Shown here: positions 16,477 through 30,159 of the stretch, piece after piece
Numbering within the stretch: the first letter of the stretch is position 1
How the letters are laid out: the number at the start of each line of letters is the position of its first letter
DNA from: Nibricoccus sp.
GTDB taxonomy: Bacteria; Verrucomicrobiota; Verrucomicrobiia; Opitutales; Opitutaceae
Length of the DNA stretch: 64,000 nucleotides
Assembly (NCBI GenBank): GCA_047602425.1
Contig: JASGHG010000001.1
Coordinates: forward strand, 288,001-352,000
Direction: 5' to 3'
Notes under the pieces: generated by a model
What the model was told of the DNA's origin: nothing
Database searches by the model: none
What the model saw: only the letters and a program-made list of their open reading frames with translations
Position numbers and translations under genes: made by a program

Positions 16477-17745
16477 ATGTCGCTCAACGCCACACCGCTC
16501 AAAGCCCTCGATCCTGAAATTTACTCCGCGATTTCCTCGGAGTATGCCCGTCAGCAGAGCCACATCGAGCTCATTGCCTCGGAAAACTTCACCTACCCGG
16601 CCGTGATGGAGGCCCAGGGCAGTGTGCTGACCAACAAATACGCCGAAGGTTATCCGGCCAAGCGCTGGTATGGCGGTTGCGAATTTGTCGACCAGGTCGA
16701 AAATCTCGCGATCGAGCGTGCGAAAAAACTTTTTGGCGCCGAACACGCCAACGTGCAGCCGCATTCGGGCTCGCAGGCCAATTTCGCCGTTTACACGTCC
16801 GTGCTTCAGCCCGGTGACAAGGTCCTGGGCATGAACCTCAGCCATGGCGGCCATCTCACTCATGGAAATCCGGCAAATTTTTCGGGCAAGTTGTATCAAT
16901 TCGTCCAATACGGCGTCCGTGAGGACACCGGTTTAATCGACTACGACGAACTTGCCGCCACCGCCAACCGCGAGAAGCCCAAGATGATCACGGTCGGCGC
17001 CAGCGCCTACTCGCGCACGATCGACTTCGCCCGCATGGGCGAGATCGCCCGGTCCGTCGGCGCGTTACTCTTCGCCGACATCGCCCACATCGCCGGCCTC
17101 GTCGCCGCCGGCCTTCACCCGTCGCCCGTGCCGCATGCCGATTTCGTCACGACCACGACGCACAAAACGCTGCGCGGTCCCCGAGGCGGGTTGATCTTGT
17201 GCAAGGCTGCGCACGCGAAAGCCATTGACTCCGCCATGTTCCCGGGCGGCCAGGGCGGTCCGCTCATGCACGTCATCGCTGCGAAAGCGGTTTGCTTCGG
17301 CGAATGTCTCAAGCCCGAGTTCAAGAGTTACTCGGCCCAGATCATCAAGAATTCCAAGGCCCTCGCCGCCGCGATGATTTCGCGCGGTTACAAGATCGTT
17401 TCCGGCGGCACCGACAACCATCTTTTCCTCGTCGATCTGCGCGCCAATCTCCCCGAGCTCACCGCGAAGAAGGCCCAGGAGACACTCGATCTCGCCAATA
17501 TCACGTGCAACAAAAACACCGTGCCGTTCGAGACGCGTTCGCCGTTCCAAGCTTCGGGCATCCGCCTCGGCACGCCGGCTGTGACGACGCGCGGCCTGGT
17601 CGAAAAAGACATGGACGAAATCGCCGCCGTCATCGACGCTGTGCTCAAGGCCATCGGCACGCCCAATGAAGCCGCGATCATCGCCGAGACAAAGAAGCGC
17701 GTCGTCGCACTGACCAGCCGTTTCCCCTTGCCGTACAAGCTCTAA
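16477..17745 (+). CDS. glyA: Serine hydroxymethyltransferase
   Basis: [29 protein letters not shown]. Confidence 0.98.
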   Translation: MSLNATPLKALDPEIYSAISSEYARQQSHIELIASENFTYPAVMEAQGSVLTNKYAEGYPAKRWYGGCEFVDQVENLAIERAKKLFGAEHANVQPHSGSQANFAVYTSVLQPGDKVLGMNLSHGGHLTHGNPANFSGKLYQFVQYGVREDTGLIDYDELAATANREKPKMITVGASAYSRTIDFARMGEIARSVGALLFADIAHIAGLVAAGLHPSPVPHADFVTTTTHKTLRGPRGGLILCKAAHAKAIDSAMFPGGQGGPLMHVIAAKAVCFGECLKPEFKSYSAQIIKNSKALAAAMISRGYKIVSGGTDNHLFLVDLRANLPELTAKKAQETLDLANITCNKNTVPFETRSPFQASGIRLGTPAVTTRGLVEKDMDEIAAVIDAVLKAIGTPNEAAIIAETKKRVVALTSRFPLPYKL

Positions 17746-17776
17746 TCGCAATCTGCAAAACGCAGGGCCAGAGTTC

Positions 17777-17804
17777 AAAGGCGCACGAACGGTGCGCCTT
17801 TTTT
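17777..17804 (+). terminator. Rho-independent terminator after glyA
   Basis: AAAGGCGCAC-loop-GTGCGCCTTTTTT. Confidence 0.8.
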
Positions 17805-17885
17805 GCTTTCCATAGGGTACTTAAAACATTGTAGCCGTTGGGCTGGTAGCCCATACAATTTGGGCAGTCCTTGCTGGCTGACCCC

Positions 17886-20630
17886 ATGACAGCAACCCCC
17901 AACAAATCCCGGCGAAGGCGTCTCTTGGTGCTGTGGCTTGTCGCTCTAACGGGCGTAGCCTTGTCGTCCGCGGGAGCGTGGTGGTTGTACGTTGAGGAAC
18001 AAGGGCGGACCTTGCACGAATTCAGACGTCGCACTCGCAGCCTCGTCAATGTCGTCCAGCAGGTTGTCGCAAGCCGCGAGGAGGCGCTGACCACGCTCCG
18101 CGAACTTTATCACAATTCCGAGAGCGTCACGCGGCACGAGTTCAGCATGGCGGCGGAGGCCTTGATCGGGCGCAAACCCGGCTTGATCGCCTTGCTCTGG
18201 GCTCCGCGCGTTCCCGCGTCGCAACGCCGGTCGTTCGAAGCCGCCGCGTTCGCCAGTGGGTACAACGACTTCAAAATCCATCGCCTCGATTCCGGGCGGC
18301 GCGCACCGCCGACAAACAGTGCCGAAACATTTCCCATCACCTATATCGCCCCCGGCGGCATCTTCCCGGTGGAAGGCCTCGATTTGTCCACGCTTTCGAT
18401 CTGGCCTGAGTTGCAGTCCGCCGCCAAATCGGGCGCCATTCGTTTCGCCCAACCTCCCGGCGCCCTGACGCGCGATGCCCGCGAGCCAAGCTGTCTGCTG
18501 GCGATCCCCGTTTACCGGGACGCCGTGCCGCAGAGCGAAAACGAACGCTCGTCCGCGCTGCAAGGCTTCGTCGTCGGCCTGTTGGACCCGGCGGTGCTGC
18601 TCAATCGAGCAGTCAGCCGCTTGCCGAACCAAGGGCTGGAGGTTCTTCTCGTCGAACGTCAGAAAAATGGCGAGGTCCGTCCGCTCCACTATACACCCGC
18701 CGCAGGAGCCGCTCCTATTCCGGACATCCCTTCCATCGAAGCGATCGCCTACGATCAGCATCATCAGATCGCTTTCGAGCTTGGCGATGGCAATTGGGAG
18801 CTCTGGACGCGGCCAGCGCCCGCATGGCTCACTTCACAGCGAACGTACCGCGAATATATTGCAGGGACCTCAGGTCTGCTTTTCACCGGATTGCTGGTTT
18901 TCTATCTCCGCAGCCTTTTTCGCAACACCGAGGCGGTGGAAATCATGGTTGCCAAGCGCACCGTCGAGCTCACCGAGACGCAAGACCGGCTGCGCGAAGA
19001 CATCCAGCGGCGCATAAAAGCCGAACTATCCCTTAAGGCCAGCGAAGAGCGCTATCGCATCCTCATCAGCCAGAGCACAGAGGCGGTCTGGCTGCTCGAA
19101 ATTCAACCGCCGGTCCCGGTCGACCTCGCGGCCAATGTCCTAATCGACCGCATCCTGCGCGTGGCCCGCCTCGCCGAATGCAATCCCGCCGCCGCCCAGC
19201 TTTACGGCCATTCGCAGCCTTTCGCGGTGATCGGGCGCGATCTCGATTACTTTGCGCCTCAAGCCCGTTCGCGCCACACCGCCGTCCTTCGCGCTTTCGT
19301 GCAAAGCGGATATCATCTTGCCGAACATGAGGCTTGCGACAATCAGCCGGGCGAGCCGCGGGTTTTTCACCACAATCTCATTGGCGTGATCGAGGACGAT
19401 CGCCTTGTCCGCATCTGGGTGACCGAGCGCGAACTCACGCAACAACGCCAGATCGAGCGGGAGCGGCAGGCGCTCGACCGCCAGCTTTCCGAAACCCAGC
19501 GCCTCGAAAGTCTCGGCGTGCTCGCGGGGGGCATCGCCCACGATTTCAACAACCTTCTCACGAGCATCCTGGGACATGCCAGTCTCGGCCGGGCCGAAAT
19601 ACCTTCGGATTCGCCGCTAGACGAACATTTCGTGGAAATCGAAACCGCATCGCGCAGCGCGGCCAATCTCTGCCAGCAGATGCTCGCCTACGCCGGGAAA
19701 GGCCGGTTCGTGGTGAAACTTCAGGATCTTTCGCAGCTCATCGCCCAATCCGCTCATTTGATCCAAACTTCGATCAGCCACCACTGCTCGGTCAATTTCC
19801 AGCTGGCGGAAAATCTCCCGCCGGTCATGGCCGACGCGTTGCAGATCCAGCAGATCGTGATGAACCTCGTCTTGAACGCCTCGGAAGCCATCGGCGCGCG
19901 CGGGGGACAAATCACGCTTTTCACCGAACTCGTTCATCCCGACTCAACCACCTTCAATGGCTGCCCTTGTGTCCCCTCACCCATTGCGGATGAATATGTC
20001 TCCCTCACCGTCCAGGACAGCGGCGCCGGCATGGACGCGACGACTCTCTCACGGATTTTCGAACCATTCTTCACCACCAAATTCACCGGCCGCGGCCTCG
20101 GATTGCCCGCGACCCTCGGTATCGTGCGCAGTCATCAAGGGGCGCTGCGGGTCGACAGCCATCCCGGCGTGGGCACGTCGATTACTCTATTTCTTCCCAC
20201 CGCCACCCCGCAGGTCGACGAGGCGCGAAAAGCCGATACAAAAACCCCGTGGGAGCCCGAAGGCACTTTGCTTTTTATCGATGACGAAGCCTCGGTGCGC
20301 GGCGTGGGTGAGCGCATGGCGCGCGCGCTGGGATTCAGCGCCTTGAGCGCTGCCGATGGAACCCAAGGCATTGAACTTTTTCGGCACTATCAGCCGAGCA
20401 TCACCGCCGTCCTCGTCGACCTTTCGATGCCGGTCCTCACCGGCGAGGAAACCATGCAACGACTGCGCGCCATTTCCCCCGCGCTGCCTTTGATCTGCAT
20501 GAGCGGCTACAACCAGCCCAACACGCTCAGCGTGCATGGCCTCGCGCCGTTTTTCCTCTCAAAACCTTTTAACATCACCCAATTTCAATCCGTCGTGCGC
20601 CAGGCCACCAAGAAACGCGCCGCTGTCTAG
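17886..20630 (+). CDS. CHASE/PAS hybrid sensor histidine kinase-receiver
   Basis: CHASE-like periplasmic domain, AGGIAHDFNNLL H-box, FFTTKFTGRGLGL, C-terminal REC. Confidence 0.92.
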   Translation: MTATPNKSRRRRLLVLWLVALTGVALSSAGAWWLYVEEQGRTLHEFRRRTRSLVNVVQQVVASREEALTTLRELYHNSESVTRHEFSMAAEALIGRKPGLIALLWAPRVPASQRRSFEAAAFASGYNDFKIHRLDSGRRAPPTNSAETFPITYIAPGGIFPVEGLDLSTLSIWPELQSAAKSGAIRFAQPPGALTRDAREPSCLLAIPVYRDAVPQSENERSSALQGFVVGLLDPAVLLNRAVSRLPNQGLEVLLVERQKNGEVRPLHYTPAAGAAPIPDIPSIEAIAYDQHHQIAFELGDGNWELWTRPAPAWLTSQRTYREYIAGTSGLLFTGLLVFYLRSLFRNTEAVEIMVAKRTVELTETQDRLREDIQRRIKAELSLKASEERYRILISQSTEAVWLLEIQPPVPVDLAANVLIDRILRVARLAECNPAAAQLYGHSQPFAVIGRDLDYFAPQARSRHTAVLRAFVQSGYHLAEHEACDNQPGEPRVFHHNLIGVIEDDRLVRIWVTERELTQQRQIERERQALDRQLSETQRLESLGVLAGGIAHDFNNLLTSILGHASLGRAEIPSDSPLDEHFVEIETASRSAANLCQQMLAYAGKGRFVVKLQDLSQLIAQSAHLIQTSISHHCSVNFQLAENLPPVMADALQIQQIVMNLVLNASEAIGARGGQITLFTELVHPDSTTFNGCPCVPSPIADEYVSLTVQDSGAGMDATTLSRIFEPFFTTKFTGRGLGLPATLGIVRSHQGALRVDSHPGVGTSITLFLPTATPQVDEARKADTKTPWEPEGTLLFIDDEASVRGVGERMARALGFSALSAADGTQGIELFRHYQPSITAVLVDLSMPVLTGEETMQRLRAISPALPLICMSGYNQPNTLSVHGLAPFFLSKPFNITQFQSVVRQATKKRAAV

Positions 20631-20807
20631 ACGGGAAGGCTAGTCGCCGTTTAGTGGCGAAAACCACGATTGACGCGCGTAGCCCATTGCCGATGTTTGC
20701 CCACAGCCTTTTAACTGGCCGGAGTCGGCCCGTTGCCGGCTGATCCAACAAACACATCCGACATTTTCAATTTCGACAGTCCAAATCGCGTCTGCTGAGC
20801 TTCACCC

Positions 20808-23783
<2,976 letters not shown>

Positions 23784-24062
23784 GCGCGGCAGATATTATT
23801 AAACCAGCTGCTTTGGCCCAGCTATTCATCCATCGAGCTTCGTCGTTCGACCGCCACGCTGCGCAATAACCATTGGCATTTCCCAAAAATCGTCGCGCTA
23901 ACTTCGTTGTGCGTCTGTGCCAGCTTTAGGACACGATAATACAATTGGTCTGCGTAACCCTTTCATCGCTCGACGTGTACTAACGTTCAAAACCCCGCCT
24001 AACGCCCCTTTTTTTGCTCCTTGGCGTTGCAAACTCAGCCGTTATTCCTCCGGTCTACCACT

Positions 24063-25394
24063 GTGACCAACACTTCCACTCAAGCCGCCCCACCCAAACG
24101 CCCGCTTTCTCTCGGGGTCATTTTTCTCACGCTCTACATCGACCTGATCGGCTTCTCGATCATCTTCCCGCTTGGGCCGGATCTTCTTCACTACTACCTA
24201 AACCTCGAGGGCTCCAACGGCGCCTTGGGCTGGCTCGTGCGACACATCGAACCCATCGCGCACTTTTTCGGCAATACGACTCACCTGCCGGAAGTGCTTT
24301 TCGGCGGCATCGTCAGTTCGCTTTTTTCCATCATGCAGTTTGTGTGCGCTCCGCTCTGGGGCGGCTTGTCCGACAAACGCGGACGTCGCGGCGTCTTGCT
24401 TTTCACCGTGGCCGGTACGGCCGCGAGCTACTTATTGTGGGTATTCAGCGGTTCGTTCTGGATCTTTCTTGCTGCCCGACTGCTCGCCGGCGTTTTCGGC
24501 GGCAACCTCTCTGTCGCCACCGCCGCCGTAGCCGATGTCACCACCCGCGAGGAACGTTCCAAGGCCATGGGGCTCGTCGGCGCGGCCTTTGGCCTCGGTC
24601 TTGTCACCGGCCCTCTAATTGGCGCCTTTGCCTCGCACGTCAATTTGCTCACGAACCACCCGCGGCTCGCAACATGGGGCATCAATCCCTTTTCCGTTCC
24701 GGCGTTGATCGCGTTCGGCCTCGGCCTGCTCAACCTCGTCTGGATTACCCGGCGCTTCAAGGAGACGCTTCCGCCGGAAACTCGCGGCAAAAGCACCGAG
24801 ACCCGCACGCGCAACCCCCTGCGCGCCATCCTTTCGCTCGACAACGCTTCCGTGCGCAGCGTCAACCTCGTGTCTTTCGTTTACCAACTCGCCTTCGTCG
24901 CCATGGAAGCGTCGCTGGTCTTTGTCGGTTTCGAGCGGTTTCACTGGACTGCCAAGGAAAACGGCATGCTCATGGGCTTCCTCGGTTTTTGCTCCATCAT
25001 CACGCAAGGTATGATTGTCCGCCGTTTGCTCAAACGCATGAAGGAAACGACGATTTTGAGCAGCGGCCTTATATTCTCGGCCACTGGACTTTTTTGTATC
25101 GGTTATGCCAGCACCTCCGGCCTGCTCTACCTCGGTGTCGCGCTGCTCGCGCTGGGCGGCGGCCTGGTCAATCCCTCAACTACCGGGCTCATCTCGCTCT
25201 ACGCGAGTGCCGCGGAGCAGGGTCGCGTGCTGGGCATTTTCCGTTCGCTCGGCTCCCTGGCCCGGGCAGTGACGCCGATTATCGCGGGAATTGTATTTTT
25301 TACTGTCGGTGCACATTGGTTGTATTGCGTTGCGGCCGCCCTCGCGCTTGGCTCATGCTTCCTGAGTCTCAAGCTGCCTCAACCGGTTAAATGA
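24063..25394 (+). CDS. MFS transporter (TetA/DHA1-like)
   Basis: DLIGFSIIFP, GGLSDKRGRRGVLL motif A, multiple TM segments; start uncertain (24021 alternative). Confidence 0.9.
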   Translation: MTNTSTQAAPPKRPLSLGVIFLTLYIDLIGFSIIFPLGPDLLHYYLNLEGSNGALGWLVRHIEPIAHFFGNTTHLPEVLFGGIVSSLFSIMQFVCAPLWGGLSDKRGRRGVLLFTVAGTAASYLLWVFSGSFWIFLAARLLAGVFGGNLSVATAAVADVTTREERSKAMGLVGAAFGLGLVTGPLIGAFASHVNLLTNHPRLATWGINPFSVPALIAFGLGLLNLVWITRRFKETLPPETRGKSTETRTRNPLRAILSLDNASVRSVNLVSFVYQLAFVAMEASLVFVGFERFHWTAKENGMLMGFLGFCSIITQGMIVRRLLKRMKETTILSSGLIFSATGLFCIGYASTSGLLYLGVALLALGGGLVNPSTTGLISLYASAAEQGRVLGIFRSLGSLARAVTPIIAGIVFFTVGAHWLYCVAAALALGSCFLSLKLPQPVK

Positions 25395-26584
25395 TCCGCC
25401 CGCGCTTCCAGCTCCATCTCCTCGCCACACTCGCCACGCTGCTGGTGCTTGTCGGCTGTGTGAACTCGCGCGATCTCAAGCCCGGCCGCACCACCCTGCC
25501 GAAGAAACCGCTCGTCGTTCCGGCCCAGATTGTCGGCAACCTGTTCATCGTGGAAGCAAAATGGGACAAACATGGCCCGTGGCGCTTCCTGGTCGATACT
25601 GGTTCGGCTGTTACGCTCGTCTCCGGCGAATTCGCCAAACGCTACGCCACCGACAAAGCCGCGCTCGGCGCCCCGGCGGTGCGCGTCAAGGGCACCGACA
25701 GCAATGCCACACTGCTGCCCGCCGTCACCTTGCGTTCGATCGAATTGGACAATGCCCGCTTCGAAAACGTGCAGGCGCTGATTTACAATTTCGACGAACT
25801 TTCCGCCCATCTCGGCCTGAAGATCGACGGCGTACTTGGCTTCCCGCTCTTCCGCGAAACCGTTTTCACCCTCGACTACCCCCAATCGCGTCTCGTGTTG
25901 AAACCCGCCTGGCCCGCGCCCATGCCCACGCCAGATCTCGGCACCACGATCAAGTTCAACAACACCCAGCGCACGCCCTTCATCCCGGTCCGCCTCGGCG
26001 CCGAAAACGTCATCGCCCTGATCGACTCCGGCAACGATGGACCGCTCATGCTCAATCCGCTGGGTCTGCATACGCGCTTCGTCCAGGGGCCGCGCGCAGG
26101 GGTCGACGTCGGCACCGTCGCCGGCAGTCGCACACAGCAACTCGGACGGATTGAACAACCACTCGACATCGGCCCTTTCCGCTTTGAGCAACCCATCATC
26201 GAAATTTCCGACCGCCTGACCGCGATCAGCGGCTCGATTTTGAAGAATTTCTCCGTGACCTTTGATCAGTCGCGCAACCAAGTCAGTTTTTACCGGGCCT
26301 CCACCAACCCGATCCCGCCAACTCCGCGTCGCACGATCGGCATCAGTTTTTCCAAAACCCCCGCCTACTGGCGCGTCGCCGGCATAGTCGCCGCTTCGCC
26401 CGCCGAAACCGCTGGAGTAAAAACCGGCGACCTCGTCACGCGCATCAACGGCGAAAGCATCGCCGATTGGAATTACACGCGCTATGACGCCCTTGTCCGC
26501 CGCGCCGAAGAAATCACTTTCACCTTCCTGCAAGGCACCAAGGAAGTCCCCGTCGTCATCCCGACCTTCGTCCTCGTGCCGTAA
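25391..26584 (+). CDS. Aspartyl protease (two domains) with PDZ, lipoprotein
   Basis: FLVDTGS and LIDSGN motifs, SPAETAGVKTGD PDZ. Confidence 0.85.
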   Translation: MIRPRFQLHLLATLATLLVLVGCVNSRDLKPGRTTLPKKPLVVPAQIVGNLFIVEAKWDKHGPWRFLVDTGSAVTLVSGEFAKRYATDKAALGAPAVRVKGTDSNATLLPAVTLRSIELDNARFENVQALIYNFDELSAHLGLKIDGVLGFPLFRETVFTLDYPQSRLVLKPAWPAPMPTPDLGTTIKFNNTQRTPFIPVRLGAENVIALIDSGNDGPLMLNPLGLHTRFVQGPRAGVDVGTVAGSRTQQLGRIEQPLDIGPFRFEQPIIEISDRLTAISGSILKNFSVTFDQSRNQVSFYRASTNPIPPTPRRTIGISFSKTPAYWRVAGIVAASPAETAGVKTGDLVTRINGESIADWNYTRYDALVRRAEEITFTFLQGTKEVPVVIPTFVLVP

Positions 26585-26593
26585 GGAGCCGCT

Positions 26594-26746
26594 TGCGGCG
26601 TAGCGCCTCAGTTCACTGAGGCGTCGAGCAAGCTCAAGCGCTACGTTTCTGACCCATTGAGCGTTCAACGTTAAACGTTCAGCGTTGAGCGTTTCTTCTC
26701 CCGCTCCATCCCACGCTCTCTCCGTTCCCTCCGTTACCTCCTGTGA
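26594..26746. repeat. GTAG REP-like palindrome plus heptamer tandem repeat and CTCCGTTCCCTCCGTT motif
   Basis: CGTAGCGC...GCGCTACG; (TTSARCG)n; motif recurs at about 37305-37330. Confidence 0.55.
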
Positions 26747-26845
26747 AAAAAAACGGATCGATCACAACAGATGCTCCAACCGCCTTGTACTTTCTCAGAT
26801 TTGCCTTTCGCCCGCTTCGAAATTTGCTGACCTTCTTCCTCCCTC

Positions 26846-27655
26846 ATGTCCGCCCTCGCAAAATACCGGCACGCCTTCCTCGTCGGCCTTCAAAGCAGTC
26901 TCGTTTACCGCTGGAACTTTGCCATCCGCGCGTCCTTTTCCCTCTTCCACTTGGTTGTCGTATTCATTCTCTGGGGCGCCGCCTTCGAGGGGCGGACACA
27001 TATCGGCAATTTCAGCATCGAGCAGACGATGACCTATTTCATCCTCATGCTCGTGCTACAGTTTTTCATCGGCGCCTTCAACGAGGACTACCAGATCAGC
27101 GAGGAAATCCGCAATGGCCTCATCAATCAGTTCCTGTTGAAGCCAGTGAACTATTTTCTCTACCGCATCAGCATTTTCCTTTCCGCGCGCCTTGTCTCTG
27201 GCTTGCTCGCGTTGCTGCCCGTGGCGCTCGCTCTCCCACTGCTTCACCACTATCTCACGTTTCCAACCGATCCCTGGCGACTCGCGCTCGGCCTGCCCGC
27301 GATGGTTATGTCGGGGCTCATCCAGTTCACCATCGCCTATTGCTTCGGCCTGCTGACGTTTTGGTTTTTGGAAATCCAGTCGTTCATCATCCTTTCATTC
27401 GCGATCGAAACGCTGCTCGGCGGACAAGTTTTCCCCCTCGATTTGATGCCCAACTGGCTCTTCGAGCTCTCGCGCTATCTGCCGTATTACTACCAAATGT
27501 ATTTCCCGGTTTCGATTTTCACCGGCCGGCTCAACGACCCCATGCAGGCCGCCATCGGCCTCGGGATTCAAGCTTTCTGGGTCGTCGCCCTGCTGGGCCT
27601 TGCTCAACTCCTCTGGACCCGCGGCCTGCGTCGCCACACCGCCGTCGGAGGCTGA
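26846..27655 (+). CDS. ABC-2 family permease
   Basis: ISEEIRNGLINQFLLKPV motif, six TM segments. Confidence 0.88.
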   Translation: MSALAKYRHAFLVGLQSSLVYRWNFAIRASFSLFHLVVVFILWGAAFEGRTHIGNFSIEQTMTYFILMLVLQFFIGAFNEDYQISEEIRNGLINQFLLKPVNYFLYRISIFLSARLVSGLLALLPVALALPLLHHYLTFPTDPWRLALGLPAMVMSGLIQFTIAYCFGLLTFWFLEIQSFIILSFAIETLLGGQVFPLDLMPNWLFELSRYLPYYYQMYFPVSIFTGRLNDPMQAAIGLGIQAFWVVALLGLAQLLWTRGLRRHTAVGG

Positions 27656-27670
27656 AAAACAAACCATTTG

Positions 27671-27770
27671 ACCACGGATTTTACGAATGACCACGGATGA
27701 ATGCGAAAAATTTCCAAGTTTTTGGCTCTTTGGATTGTTTGCGTGCTTATCCGTGCAATCCGTGGTTAAA
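27671..27770. repeat. Intergenic palindromic repeat (ACCACGGAT...ATCCGTGG)
   Basis: Inverted arms; related ATCCGTGTTCATCCG at about 33500. Confidence 0.6.
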
Positions 27771-27781
27771 AAAATAAATCC

Positions 27782-28576
27782 ATGAAGCTCATCGGCTATT
27801 TTCGTATTTGGCTCGCCTGCATCCGCTACTCGGTCGTGCGCACGATGATGTTTCGCTTCGATACGCTTATGTGGGCACTGGTCGAACTTTTCTGGATGGC
27901 CGTCAACATCCTCACCATCGAGGTCATCTATAGCCACACCGATGCCATTGCCGGGTGGAAGGAAAATGAAATGCTGCTCCTCGTCGGGTCCGCGATGATC
28001 ATGCAGCGCCTCTTCATGGGGCTTTTTTGGAGCAACCTTTTCGAGGTCGGCCGCAACGTCCGCAGCGGACATTTCGACTTCTTTCTCGCGCAGCCTGGCA
28101 ATCCGCTCTTCATGGTTTCCACGCGCAAGATCGACCTCGACGGCCTCGGCAACGTCTTTATCGCCGCTGCGGTTGTGATTTATGCCGCAACCAAGCTCCA
28201 CCTCCAGCCCGGCCCCGGCGATATCGCATTCTACCTGCTGCTGCTCGCGATCGGCCTCGTCGTTCACTATAGCACGATGGTGCTCGTCGTCTCGCTCACG
28301 TTCTGGATCGTGAAAACCGAGGGCCTGGAGGGAAGTTATTTCACCTTGTACGAATTTTCCCGCATGCCACGCGAAGCGTTCAAGGGCATCGCCAATGTCG
28401 TATTCGTTTACGCACTACCGGTGGTGGTCGTGAGCTATGCACCCGCCCGCATGTTGCTCGATGGATTTAATCTCAATCTCATGCTCTGGCTCGTCGGCGC
28501 CGCCGCGGCTTGGTTCTCGTTCGCGGTTTTCGTTTTCCACCGCGGTCTCCGCCGCTATTCCAGCGCCAGCTCGTGA
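27782..28576 (+). CDS. ABC-2 family permease
   Basis: VRSGHFDFFLAQP, RGLRRYSSASS. Confidence 0.88.
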   Translation: MKLIGYFRIWLACIRYSVVRTMMFRFDTLMWALVELFWMAVNILTIEVIYSHTDAIAGWKENEMLLLVGSAMIMQRLFMGLFWSNLFEVGRNVRSGHFDFFLAQPGNPLFMVSTRKIDLDGLGNVFIAAAVVIYAATKLHLQPGPGDIAFYLLLLAIGLVVHYSTMVLVVSLTFWIVKTEGLEGSYFTLYEFSRMPREAFKGIANVVFVYALPVVVVSYAPARMLLDGFNLNLMLWLVGAAAAWFSFAVFVFHRGLRRYSSASS

Positions 28577-28796
28577 GGACAGCCGGAATTCCTTGACCAC
28601 TTATGAACACTTATTGGCATTGATTGGGTTCGGTACTGACAACTGTCTCAAAAATTAGCGCTCATTAGCGAAAATGAGCGGTTCAACAAATGACCGAAGC
28701 TCGATCAAACTGTCCCACACGGAAAGGGTTTCACCATCAGTGTCGATCAATGAAAGTAAGTGGCTCAAAAATCTCTCCCTTCTCAGTCCATTCCAG

Positions 28797-29603
28797 ATGA
28801 ATCTCGCCACCATCCTCCGCCCTGCCGCCCTTTTCGCCCTTCTGAGCGCCGCCTTCGTGCAATCGCTTGCCGCCGCTGCCATCGAAGATGCTCCGCTCGC
28901 GCCCGTCGGTCCCAAAGCCAAAATTCACCCTGCCCTTCACCTTGTGGGCGACTCGACCATGGCTGACAAACCAATCGACAAGCCCAACCCCGAACGCGGC
29001 TGGGGCCAGCTTTTCCCCACGCTCCTCAAGGAACCCGCCCGCGTCGTCAATCACGCCCAAAACGGCCGCAGTTCGAAAAGCTTTCGCGAAGAAGGCCGCT
29101 GGCAAAACGTCCTCGAACAAATTGAAAAGGGCGATTTCGTGCTGATCGAGTTCGGCCATAACGATCAAAAATCCCAAGACCCCAAGCGCTACGCCGCTGC
29201 CGAAACCGATTTCAAGGACAACCTCCGCCGGTTCATCCACGAGGCGACGGCCAAAGGCGCGTCCGTGCTCCTTGCCTCGCCCGTAAACCGCCGCAAATTC
29301 GACGATAAAGGTCAGCTCACGGAAACCCTCGGCGCCTACCCCGATGCCATGCGCGCCGTTGCCTCTGAGGAAAAGGTTCCCCTCATCGATCTACATAAAC
29401 TCACCCGTCCGGTCCTCGAAAAGCTCGGCCCCGAAAATTCGAAATCGCTTTTCGTTTGGGTGAAGCCCGGGGAATACGCCATTCTCCCTAAAGGTCGCGA
29501 AGACGACACCCATTTCAACGAAAAGGGCGCCCTTGCCGTGTCCGAACTCGTCGCCACCGATCTCCGCGCCCAAAAACATCCGCTCGCTGACTGGCTGAAG
29601 TAA
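28797..29603 (+). CDS. Rhamnogalacturonan acetylesterase (GDSL/SGNH)
   Basis: GDSTM, NGRSSKSF, FGHND, DDTHF. Confidence 0.9.
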   Translation: MNLATILRPAALFALLSAAFVQSLAAAAIEDAPLAPVGPKAKIHPALHLVGDSTMADKPIDKPNPERGWGQLFPTLLKEPARVVNHAQNGRSSKSFREEGRWQNVLEQIEKGDFVLIEFGHNDQKSQDPKRYAAAETDFKDNLRRFIHEATAKGASVLLASPVNRRKFDDKGQLTETLGAYPDAMRAVASEEKVPLIDLHKLTRPVLEKLGPENSKSLFVWVKPGEYAILPKGREDDTHFNEKGALAVSELVATDLRAQKHPLADWLK

Positions 29604-29726
29604 ACGCTCCAGCCTTCGAGCAAACCGCCGTCGCCGCCCGCTCGTTCAACGCCGGCAGATCGCAACGCCTATCGTTGCTCAAATCATTTTTCTATTTTTC
29701 GGCCTTACGACAAATTCAAGAATAAC

Positions 29727-29857
29727 CTAGAGCACATACGATAAAACTGTAGCCGTAAATCGGTACTACAAACCGAGCTGTCTTCGTAGGGGGCGCAGCA
29801 AGACTGCGCCCCTACAGCCGGAGTTGTGCGGTTATGACATTTTTAAAAATGCTCTAA
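29727..29857 (+). repeat. MITE-like element with TAGAGCA/TGCTCTA ends and central GTAG REP hairpin
   Basis: GTAGGGGCGCAG-CAAGA-CTGCGCCCCTAC core; inverted second copy at 38646-40094. Confidence 0.8.
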
Positions 29858-30159
29858 TAGGTTACTCGTACCGTCCGGCTACCAAGTTTTGCCTAGAGCC
29901 AATTACGTCTGCTTGATGACATCGCCTACTTTTCTCCCTGCGCACGCTGCTAAACACGCCTCGCGTCGCCAGCCAGCATGGAGATTTCTCAGTTCTTATG
30001 GCTTCGATGGCCGGACCGGTGCCCACGATATCTCTGACTTCACGCAACCCATTCTTATAGCCGACCTAAAGCTTGCGACTCCGCTGCAACCTCACATGCT
30101 TTCACGCAAGCCGACCGGACTACCATTGTTCCAGCCAGCTCTGAGAAAAGGAGTCACTC

